From contig OZ024741.1 of NCBI GenBank assembly GCA_964016885.1, positions 397,358,001 to 397,422,000 of the forward strand: DNA of 64,000 bases, read 5' to 3'. The notes under the pieces are model-generated. The model saw nothing but the letters and a program-made list of their open reading frames with translations, had not been told where the DNA came from and ran no database searches. This document shows positions 1 through 10,501 of the stretch, in pieces (position 1 is the first letter of the stretch; the number at the start of each line of letters is the position of its first letter). This DNA is from Eledone cirrhosa (taxonomy: Eukaryota). The translations under genes and the position numbers were made by a program.

Positions 1-280
1 AAAATATGTAAAACATTCCAAAAATGTTGCATCTAATAACTGCATATACACATGTACAGATACAAAGCATATACACATGCACACATACAACTCAAAACAT
101 ACACATCCACACATACAATAACATCCATATCTACACATGCATGCATGCAGACATACATACATACATATCTACCTAGTTGATGTTGTGTAAATTCCAATGA
201 GAGAGTCTTGTGTCTATGTTAGAAACCGACTCTCTCTCTCTATTGGTAAAACTTTGTGAAATTATAAAACCAGAAGAAAA
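1..280 (+). mobile_element. 3' end (last RLE codons + 3' UTR) of an R4/Dong-type non-LTR retrotransposon; same family as 28763-32657
   Basis: Near-identical reverse complement of ~28763-29020 (…KICKTFQKCCI* then UTR with GAGAGAGTC…GACTCTCTC hairpin); ends in (TACA)n. Confidence 0.9.
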
Positions 281-356
281 TACATACATACATACATACA
301 TACATACATACATACATACATACATACATACATACATACATACATACATACATACA

Positions 357-932
357 TGATGGCTGCCCCCTCGTTATCGAGTATGGCCATTGCACGAGAA
401 AGAAAAAAAAAAAATAAAGAAAAATAATAATAATAATAATAAATAAATAAAAAGAAAATAAAAATTTAAAAAAAAAAGAAATATATATATATATATACAT
501 ATACATACATATATACACACACATACTCACACACACATACATTAATAACAATAATAATAATAATAATAATAATAACAACAATAATAATGACGACAACAAC
601 AATAATAATATACATATACATATATATATACACACACACGCACACACACAAGCATATCTACACACACACACACACATGATAGCAACTAACAGCGCTGCGA
701 TCGAATGTGGCTTTTTAGCCCAGCCAATGATCTAAAATGTCTTGCACAGAGTCGGCAACCAAAACATTCACTGGGAATAGTCGGCTGTGGTTGGAGTTCG
801 TGTACTTTTGCATGTCGCTTGAGCCCTCCTGCTGATTTACATTCTCTACCACATGTTTGGCAAGCATGATGAGTAGCATCTCCAACAGCAGCCTGGTAGT
901 CAACCACTGGTCTTACTTTATGACTGCGAAGA
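357..932 (-). mobile_element. 5'-truncated 3' fragment of an RTE/BovB-like LINE with two C2H2-type zinc fingers, split by microsatellites
   Basis: HACQTCGRECKSAGGLKRHAKVH and CRLCARHFRSLAGLKSH-stop resemble RTE ORF C-termini; short hairpin tail (ATGGC…GCCAT) at ~357-395; (TACA)n both sides. Confidence 0.6.
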
Positions 933-1192
933 TACATACATACATACATACATACATACATACATACATACATACATACATACATACATACATACATACA
1001 TACATACATACATACATACATACATACATACATGTAACAATTTAGAATCTTAAAGACTGATAGATAGAAATGACGTGTGCAGAAGAATGTTCTAAGGTTT
1101 CTAGTAAAACATCGCAGTGATTTACTAGAAACATCAAAGAGGAGAGAACTCTCCCAGTTGTCAAGTAAACAGTACTTTATGATGTCCCGTCA

Positions 1193-1435
1193 AGCCGCAT
1201 AGCCTAATGGTTAGGATTGCAATGTTGTTGGTTCAATTCCTGGTCAGGCTGCTGTGTTGGGCAAAACACGTTGCTCCAATACACTCACTTGAGATGAGTA
1301 CCAGCTGGGGAGTTAATTCTGCGATAGACCAGCGTCCAGACCAGGGCGAGTGTTATACTCTTAGTCGCTTAAGGCCAAGGAAACGGAGATAAACACCGGC
1401 TTGAGCCTTCGTCCTAGAATAGACTTTTTACTTTA
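1193..1435 (+). mobile_element. tRNA-derived SINE (degenerate)
   Basis: A-box-like TAGCCTAATGG, B-box-like GGTTCAATTCC, SINE-like body (CTGCGATAGACCAGCGTCCAGACCAGGG…GGAAACGGAGATAA), T-rich tail. Confidence 0.65.
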
Positions 1436-1680
1436 AAAGCTAAATCAAAGATCATCACACATCCTGTCATAAGGGAGAACACTCTCCCAGTTGTATAGTA
1501 TTTTCAAGGATAACCACATCTTGAATTAAGCTGGCTAACGGAGGGGAGAGCACTCTCACAGTTGTCTACAATCCGACCTATAGGCGGAAAGCTACGATAA
1601 GACTCATTCACTCGGACCATCACGAATAAAAGATATAGAAAGAAATGTAAAATTGATTTCACTTTGATTTATCGATATAT

Positions 1681-1757
1681 TTCTTCTTCTTCTTCTTCTT
1701 CTTCTTCTTCTTCTTCTTCTTCTTCTTCTTCTTCTTCTTCTTCTTCTTCTTCTTCTT
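1681..1757. repeat. (TTC)n microsatellite
   Basis: Direct reading. Confidence 0.95.
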
Positions 1758-2189
1758 GACTATAGTGATTTGGCCCCAAAATATATTACAAATCATTAAA
1801 GGATTTAATTGAGAAATATTTCGTAATAGACTCCCAAACAGTTACATCAACATCTAGAGGATCAATGGAGGAACAATCGAGGACCAATGGATGACCAATC
1901 GGGGACCAATCGAGGACCAATCGAGGACCAATCGAGGACCAATAGACAGTAGGTCAAATATGAGAGACAGCTGGAAATTTCATGAGCTAAAAAGTTCATA
2001 AGCTGACCAAGATACTCTCATGGAATGACCAAATGAGGTTTATTTTTCAACATAGTCCCTGGAAAGAAACAATGCAGTTATTAATAAGGAGGGTTGAAAT
2101 TAATGTATGCAAGATTTCACTCCTTCTTAGTCAGCCTATGAACTTTTTAGCTGACCTTCGTATATCTTTGACCAACAACTATTTTTTGC

Positions 2190-2310
2190 CAGATGAGTGG
2201 ACTGAAGCAACGTGAAATAAAGTTTCTTGCTCAAGGACACAACACACCATCTGGGATCGAATTTACAACCTTACAATCGTGATCTGATCACCCTAATGAC
2301 TAAGACACAC
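2190..2310 (-). mobile_element. tRNA-derived CORE-like SINE fragment
   Basis: Minus strand B-box-like ATTCGATCCC followed by GTGTTGTGTCCTTGAGCAAGAAACTTTATTTCACGTTGCTTCAGTCCACTC. Confidence 0.6.
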
Positions 2311-2339
2311 ATATTCCTGTTTGTTTACCTAGCAACACC

Positions 2340-2870
2340 ATATCAGACTGACGAGAACTGTATGAGTAGAAACATCATTATGTAAACCAATCCTAGGGAG
2401 CAGATAAAAACCTAGGGACCAGTTAAAAACCTAGAACAGTTAGAATATCAGGCTGACGAGAACTGTATGGGTAGAAACATCATTATGTAAACTAATCAAC
2501 TAACATGGAGTGTGTAAGGTTAGAGGTGTATCTTTCAAAGTGTATTCTCTGTCGATCATATACCTGAAGATTGATCTGGGTGTGTATTTAATACAATCGA
2601 CTGCATTCAACAGAGAAGATTTCCTCATCTCAAGTGAAGCATCGGGATTGTAGTTGTGAGGAGATAAAAACCTAGGGAGCAGGTAAAACCAGGGACCAGA
2701 TAAAACCTAGGGAGCAGTTGGTAGGAGCAAATAAAAACCTAGGGACCAGTTAAGGAGCGGGTAAAACCCTAGGGAACAGGTAAAAACCTAGGGAGGAGAT
2801 AAAAACATAGGGAGCAGGTAAAACCAGGGACCAGATAAAACATAGGGAGCAGTTGGTAGGAGCAGATTCA
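2340..2870 (+). repeat. Degenerate ~20-bp tandem repeat (CCTAGGGAGCAGATAAAAA) interleaved with two ~50-bp copies carrying CTGACGA…GAAAC
   Basis: Direct reading; 50-mer copies at ~2340-2391 and ~2445-2498. Confidence 0.75.
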
Positions 2871-3392
2871 AACCTGAGCGTTCTCTGATAGGTTTACTGT
2901 CAAAGCCATTCCCTGTCCCACAAGTAGAAGATCGCATGCTGACAAATAATTAAGTGTTCTCAAATAGATTTACCGTCCAGCATATCCGTTTTTCCACAAG
3001 TAGAAGATCGCAAGCTGACAAAATATTGACCGCTCGCTAACAGATTTACCGTCCAACACATAACGGTTGAAATATCGGGCGTCGTGTGTCCGGGAACAAC
3101 CTTCCTACTTACTACGGTCGGGCTGGAGATGGCAATCTGCAAGAATGAACACCAGGAGTTGGTGTGGCTCTTCCAGCAAATATTCCTACATCTCTGGAAT
3201 AAGGTATTATTTATTCTGTCTCCTGAGATCATGAGGCAACATCCAACTAATGTTTTATACTTTACAAAAGCTGATGAATTTAAGGGTCTCCTTCAGAAAT
3301 ACTTGGTATGCTTCTTTGAAAATGGCAGGAAAGGCTTCGTGATCTCAAACAAAGAAACAATATTAATCCTGTTTATTATGTACGTATACATA

Positions 3393-3449
<57 letters not shown>

Positions 3450-3920
3450 ATAATAATAAATTTGAAGAGTAAAATCCAAAGAGGGCTCGATAAGGATAAA
3501 TATATATCAAATATATAAGAACCGTAGAGCAAATATTTATTAAAATAACAGATTAAAGTTTAAGCAAAGAATCGCTGCTTTCACCCTTAACGGGATCTTC
3601 TGAAACTAACAAAGTCAATCTGTAAACGCAGAAGTGGATATTTCAAAAAACGTTGCAACCGGAGGAAGACAGGAAGACGATACTTTGGTTCGTGGAAACG
3701 TTCCCTATGCAAATAAGTAATGGTATAAACAAAATATATACTTAGCTACCACATCAAGACGTAAAATATCCACGTATAGATGTGACGTCATATTCCTTCT
3801 TAGAGGGTAACGAAAAGAATGGGTATGCATGTAAAGACGCTGCTTAAATCTATTGGCGGTTAACCCTATGTAGGCCCTACGGGACGTGGGTGTTTCAACC
3901 TTGCATTTGTAGACAATGTT

Positions 3921-5852
3921 TCTTTCCGATAATCCGCGAAAAGCAGACAACAAACAGGATAAATTTGTGTTTAAAACCTATAATAACCCCCGTGTAACCC
4001 AGCATTGCTACCCTTCGAAAATGATGTCTTGGAACTCATACGGAGTATCAAATTTCGGAATAGGAGCAATTCCTTCCAGCAGGACCTGAAGAATAGAATT
4101 CGTTCTATTAAGGATTCTAATGCCGTGCACGTCCATTCCGACAAAACTGGCAACCTATATCAAGTGGAGCGCAGTACTTACCATCAACTACTACATAATG
4201 CTGTAACTAAGGATTACCGTAAAAATAATCGGTGCGTCATCAATGAAATCAACGATGCTGGGTTTAAAATCACATCTGATCTCAACATCCTGGACCGGAC
4301 CGAACCTCTGGACCCTATTTCTCCCCACTTTACCCTGAAGGATCACAAATCCAATTTTCCGAACAACCCCTCTATTCGGCTTATTAACCCTACGAAGACC
4401 GATTTAGGTAGACTTAGTAAAACGATTCTTGATAGAATTATACCTGAAATTAGAAGTTTGGCCCCTCTTGCACTGTGGAACAATTCTTTCGTGGTGATTG
4501 ATTGGTTCAACGGCATATGTAACAAGGAACATTGCCGTTTTATCCAATTCGACATCAACAATTACTACTCCTCCATCACTTTACCACTTCTCCTTAGAGC
4601 TATCAATTTCGCTAAAACACTCACAGTGGTTAAGGATTTCGAAGTTGATGTCATCCTCAATGCCCGTAAGTCGGTGATTAATTTCGACGACTCTATTTGG
4701 ATTAAAAAATCCAATAGTACCCCATTCGACGTGAGTATGGGCACCAGTGATTCTGCGGAGGTTACTGATCTTATCGGCCTTTTCCTTCTTTTCTCTATCA
4801 AGGACGAATTCCCCAACGCGGGCGGTGGTTTGTACCGTGATGATGGTCTTTTGACCATGACTAAGTGCGGACCTCGTGCTTGCGACAGGTTCAGAAAAGA
4901 ACTCACAGCCTTCTTTAAAGGCTTCAACCTCTCTATACAGGTTGAGGCCAATCTCTCGGTCGTTAATTACCTCGACGTTACCCTCAATTTATCGAATGGG
5001 TTGTATTACCCGTATAGAAAGCCGAATGATACGCTTAATTACATAAGTAAGCATTCCAACCATCCTGCCAGCATAACCAAGAACCTGGTAAGAAACGTTT
5101 CGTTGAGGCTTTCCCGTCTATCTACTAACGAGCATATTTTCAACAACCATTCCACTTATTACAATGAAGCTCTTGCTCGGAGTGGATTTGTCGATAAGGT
5201 AGCATATACAGAGTACGAAAATAGACCTAGAGGAAATAGATCCTGTCGCATTTGTTGGTATAACCCACCATATAATATGGAGGTGGCCACACCATTAGCT
5301 AAGATCTTTCTTTCCCTTATTACGAAGCATTTTCCCCCTACACATAAATATAGTAAAATTTTTAATAGAAATGCGATTAAAATTTCTTACTCTACGACTC
5401 CTAACCTTGCACATAACATCACAGCTTCAAATTTAGCTAAACTACCTAGCCGTAGGAACACGTGCAACCCTGTAGTTAGTACTAACTGTAATTGTAGGAA
5501 TCGGGTTGATTGCCCCCTATCCGGGAAATGCCTCTCTAGTAACATTGTCTACAAATGTAAGGTTGAAACACCCACGTCCCGTAGGGCCTACATAGGGTTA
5601 ACCGCCAATAGATTCAAGCAGCGTCTTTACATGCATACCCATTCTTTTCGTTACCCTCTAAGAAGGAATATGACGTCACTTTCAGCTTATATCTGGAGTC
5701 TAAAAGACAACCACACCCAATATAAGTTACACTGGGAGATCCTAGCTGGGGCTAGATCGTATAACGGAAATAAAAGACCATGTGACCTCTGCGCCGCTGA
5801 GGCCCTGGAAATACTCTACGCCACAGACCACATCTTAAACAAAAAAATCTGA
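3921..5852 (+). CDS. PLE polyprotein: reverse transcriptase + Cys-rich linker + C-terminal GIY-YIG endonuclease (slightly 5'-truncated; apparent +1 frameshift in A-run at ~5841-5848)
   Basis: Motifs SDKTGN, QFDINNYY, SMGTSDSAEVTDLIG, LYRDDGL, NYLDVTL, SNHP, CNCRNRVDCPLSGKC, NIVYKC…AYIGLT…FKQR..H, CDLC. Frame is open upstream of the 4005 call to the inversion junction. Removing one A gives LNKKSEAISAC, the usual family C-terminus. Confidence 0.92.
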
Positions 5853-6090
5853 GGCAATTTCGGCTTGTAAACAAATTGCACAAAACTTTCCTGTATTACA
5901 GACCCACGTTATACCCTAACGAATAGTACGAACTATACGTGGATATTTTACGTCTTGATGTGGTAGCTAAGTATATGTTTTGTTTATACCATTACTTATT
6001 TGGCATAGGGAACGTTTCCACGAACCAAAGTATCGTCTTCCTGTCTTCCTCCGGTTGCAACGTTTTTTGAAATATCCACTTCTTCGTTTA

Positions 6091-6164
6091 CAGATTGACT
6101 TTGTTAGTTTCAGAAGATCCCGTTAAGGGTGAAAGCAACGATTCTTTGCTTAAACTTTAATCTG
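6091..6164 (+). ncRNA. Type I hammerhead-like ribozyme with variant core CAGAAGA in PLE pLTR (copies on minus strand at ~3548-3621 and ~20148-20223)
   Basis: Stem I AGTTT/AAACT extended by CAGATTGA/TTAATCTG; stem II CCC/GGG; GAAA; stem III AGCAA/TTGCT; CUU triplet ending 6151. Confidence 0.65.
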
Positions 6165-6167
6165 TTA

Positions 6168-6199
<32 letters not shown>

Positions 6200-6518
6200 A
6201 TCTGAGTTTTTCGAATATTAATAATAACATTCGATTTGTTTGCAATTATACAAACAAGCCTCAATTTTATAGCCATGTCAGTAGAATGAACCCTTCGTTC
6301 TTGCTCTTGTGTTGGCATGTGAACTGAACTGCAGAGAGTAATGTTTCTGGATATCACCCTTCATCAGTACAGCACAAACAAACAGGCAGGAATACAACTT
6401 TATACACACACATATATATGTATGTATATATACATATATATACATATATATACACGCACACATATACACATATTTATATATACACACACACAGACACACA
6501 CACACACACACACGCACG

Positions 6519-6609
<91 letters not shown>

Positions 6610-6611
6610 GT

Positions 6612-9600
6612 CCTGGGTATGACATTAAACTACATCCAGTGGCAAGGGTCCAGTTCGGGAGTTCAGGAGCTGTGGGGAATGTGGAGTTACCCCTTAGTTG
6701 TCATAACTCCCAGGTCTGCTCTGGCCCGGAGTAGTAGTACCTGTTAGGGGCCCCATTTATGGGTTAAATAACTACCTCATTCGAGTGGCGCCGGTAAGGT
6801 ATTGTCAGCCATTGAAAAGAAATATGGAGAGTCGATCTAACAGCACTAATTACACTGTCAAGTAGCAGTCTGGTCGTTATGACTCTGCTGGTTTAGAGTC
6901 ACAGGGAGGGCCAGTGGATGATGGATCAGCTGTCTCTGAGACAATTATAAAGAATGCAGTTTTGTCCTGCAGAAGAGCCATCAAAATGGGCACTTTGAAT
7001 GTGAGGACTATTTGGACGTTGGAGAAGAGAGAGGAGTTGGGACATCTGTTCGAGGAGAGTGGTATACAGATACTTGCAATCCAAGAACACAGGATCCTAC
7101 ACGATGAGCCCGTGAGGAGTGTGATGATTGGGATGATGAGCCATCTCATCACCACATCGGCAGTGAGGAACATGACCAATGCTGCAGTGGGAGGAGTGGG
7201 TTTTCTTTTCAGCACAAAAACCAGTCTATTGGTGAGGGAAATAATACCTGTCTCCCCGCGAGTGTTGAGGGTGACGTTCAATGGAAACCCAAGACTGACA
7301 GTCATCTCAGCCTATAGTCCAACCGAGGGAGACAGTGATGTGAGTGCGAAAGAGTTCCATGAGGAGGTGTGTAGAGCTGTCAACACCACACAAGCAGACA
7401 ACATCCTGCTTGTTTTGGGGGACTTCAATGCACATCTGAGTAAGGAGGGCAGTGAAGATCCTTGATGGTACTTGCATAACAACATCAACCGAAATGGAAG
7501 ACTACTGAGAGACACCCTACTGGAGGCGAACTTGATAGCGACCAACCTAAGGTTTAGGAAGAATCCGGGGAAGATTTGGACCTACATCTCAGATATGCAC
7601 CTGTCCAAGTCCCAGATTGATTTCATTCAGGTGAGGAAAAAGTGGCAGAATAGTGTTCTGAACACAGAATCATACAGCTATTTCAGTACACTGGGTAGTG
7701 ACCACCGGCTTGTTATGAGTGAGGTCCGGGTGAGCTTCAGAAAGAGCAAAGCTCAGCCCCGGAGAGCAATCTATGACTGGGGAGCTCTCAAGGAAGATGA
7801 TACAGGAGAGGTTCACAGTAGAAGTGATGAACAGGTTCAGTGCTCTGTGTGGAGAAGCAGAGGAGAGAGAGATTGGATGGACTGACGAGAGTGTGACGAG
7901 GGGGTACGGGCACTTCACCAATGCAGTGGCGGAAGCAAGTGAGACCCTGGTGCCGAGGAGATAGAACAAAAGGAAGCACGTCAGCTCTGCAGACCCAAAA
8001 GTGTGTTCAGCCAGAGAACACCTGAACGCTGCCAAGGACTAATTCTATGCTGATCCTACGGAGGAGAGGATGGACACTGTGGAGGTGATGAGGGAAGAAC
8101 TCTGTACCGCTTACACTGAGGCCAGAGAGGAAGCACTGATAGAGAAGATCAGAAGTGTGGAGAGAGCGGTTGACAGGTCTGGATGTAACGAGAGCTGGAT
8201 GATCATCAACGAGATCACAGGGAGGAAGAGAAGGTGTTCGAATCAGATCCAGGGAACAGGGCCCGAGGATAGGGTCCTAAAATGGCTAGACCATTTTAGG
8301 ACTCTACTAGGAGAGCCGCCCTTCACATCCAAGAGCACTGGGGAGATCAGGCGGCTGTTTGAAGAACTGGATATTGAGACACAGCCCTTCACCAGAGGGG
8401 AGCTTCAGAGAGCTAAGAAGAAGATCAAGGAGGGCAAGGTTCATAGAGAAGATGGAGTGGCATCGGAGGTGATGAAGTGGTGTGATTTTGATGATATCAT
8501 CTTGGGGTTCTGTAACCAGGCACTGGAGAAAGGAGTTGCCCCGAATCAGTGGAGGATCAGTAACATCGTCCCAGTGCTAAAGAAGGGAGATCTCTCTAAT
8601 ACCAACAACTACAGGGGGATCTCACTGACGTCACTTGTGGCAATGACCCTCAACAGGATGATTCTTAACAGGATCCAGCCTGTGATGGAGAAGAAGCTCA
8701 GGGACAACCAGAGCGGCTTCAGAGAGGGAAGATCAAACACCAGTCACATCCTTATGCTGAGGAGAATATTAGAGGGAGATAGAGTAAAGTAACTTCCTGC
8801 GGTCATGGTTTTCATTGACTTTAGGAAGGCCTTTTATTCTGTAGACCGTCACTGCCTGGTGAAGATCTTACAGGTTTATGGAATCCCCAAGAAGATATTG
8901 GACCTGATATCACTGCTCTACACCAACACCAAAGCCCAAGTCATTACACCTGATAGGATGACAGAGTTCTTTGAGATACTGGCTGGAGTGCTCCAGGGAG
9001 ATACATTGGCTCCAAACCTTTTTATCATCGTAGTGGACTATTGTATGCGCCTTGCACTGGAGAAACCCCAGGACTCTGGCTTTACTGTAGCACCGGCTCA
9101 GAGCACGAGAGTTAAGGCGAAAAAGACATCGGATGCTGAATTTGCCAACGACATAGTTTTGGTGACAAATACAGTGAAGGAGGCACAGGATTTGATGCAG
9201 GAGGTTGAGACTGTGCCGCTGAGTGTGGGGCTAAGAATCAATGAGACTAAAACAAAATATCTGGTAGAGAATGTTGAGAAGCCAGAGGGGATCACTAATA
9301 TAGACGGGAAGCCGCTAGAATTGGTTGAGGGCTTCCTGTATTTGGGAGCAAAGATTGGGAATACGGAAGATAATGTGGTTGAGAGGAAGAGCAAAGCCTG
9401 GGCGGCGTGCCTCAGCTTGAGATCGGTGTGGAAGTCGGACCTTCGTAAAGACCTGAAAATCCACCTTTTCATTGTTGTAGTGGAGTCTGTGCTGCTGTAC
9501 GGGTCTGAGACTTGGACACTGACCAAGAAACTCACTCAGATGGTGGATGGGTGCTACACAAGAATGCTGAGGATGGCTCTGAACATTAATCAGTATACAC

Positions 9601-9888
9601 TGAGGATGAAAAACTCAGAGCTGTATGGGAGCCTCCCAAAAGTCAGCTCAAAAGTGACACAGAGGAGACTGAGGTTAGCTGGACATGCTCACCGGCATCT
9701 AGAGTTGACATTGCACTCAGTGCTCCTGTGGGAGCCCCTACATGGAAGAGGAAGACCAAGGTTAACGTATGTTGATGCCCTAAGAACAGACACTGGTCTG
9801 TTGGAGATTCAGGACATGACAGCGATAATGAGGGACAGAGACCGCTGGAGAGAACTCGTCCATGGATCTCGGGAATTTTACGCGCCCT
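6612..9888 (+). mobile_element. Near full-length decayed APE-RT LINE (RTE-group-like), single ORF disrupted by stops and a frameshift
   Basis: APE motifs GTLNVRT, AIQEHR, SAYSPT, LGDFNAH, QIDFI, GSDHRLV; RT motifs YRGISLTS, QSGFREGRS, FIDFRKAF, GVLQGDTLAP, FANDI (YADD decayed), LLYGSETW, GRGRPR; flanked by (TA)n. Confidence 0.9.
6914..9888 (+). pseudogene. Disrupted endonuclease-reverse transcriptase ORF of the LINE
   Basis: Collinear ORF pieces 6914-7465, 7472-7885, 7773-7964, 8070-8792, 8805-9920. Confidence 0.88.
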
Positions 9889-10501
9889 ATATATATATAT
9901 ATATATATATATACAAATAAAGATTCAGCGAGAATCGCATTTTCGGCGGGCAGGAAAAGCGAAGCGAAACGCAAAAATCAGAAATGATACTGGCAAAGTG
10001 CTCAATAGTTAAAAACCAGAGCTAAACAATGTGTTAAGAAGCCATACAAAACTGAAAAGGTGGTCAAGAAAGCATTAACCACCCAAGCCAAAAACCAAAT
10101 CAAGCTAAACAAGTCAAAACAAAATAAATGATAAAAAATAAGATGCATATATATATATATATATATATATTGTGTGTGTGTATTATTTTGAAACCTAATA
10201 TAGCGATCAACCGTGTCGAGATATTAATAATATACATCTGTGTATATGTGTGTTGGCGTGTGCATATGTGTGCATGTGTGAGCAGATGTAAACAATATAT
10301 ATGTGTGTATGCGTGCATGTGTGTGAGTTTGTATGTGTGTGTCTGTATGTGTTTGTCTCTGTGTGTCTATGTATGTATTTGTCTGTTTGTCTGTGTGTAC
10401 TACATATAAACTGTTACAATACCAGGCGGTAACCTGTTGAACTACATAAAAATCTAGTATTGTAGCCAACAATTCACCAAATTTCAAAATATTTCATATA
10501 A

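Larger units (their letters stand above)
3532..6175 (+). mobile_element. Penelope-like retroelement (PLE) with inverted, 5'-truncated upstream pLTR copy
   Basis: 3532-3920 is the reverse complement of ~5541-5679 joined to ~5933-6172; RT + GIY-YIG ORF; (TA)n near both ends. Confidence 0.93.

Noticed and set aside
686-932. Host C2H2 zinc-finger gene
   Set aside because: No TGEKP linkers or splice acceptor; begins in (TATG)n and fits an RTE C-terminus better
5850-5852. Selenocysteine TGA readthrough in the PLE ORF (as in Naiad PLEs)
   Set aside because: Readthrough hits TAA five codons later; a one-base A-run frameshift restores the expected C-terminus; no SECIS recognised
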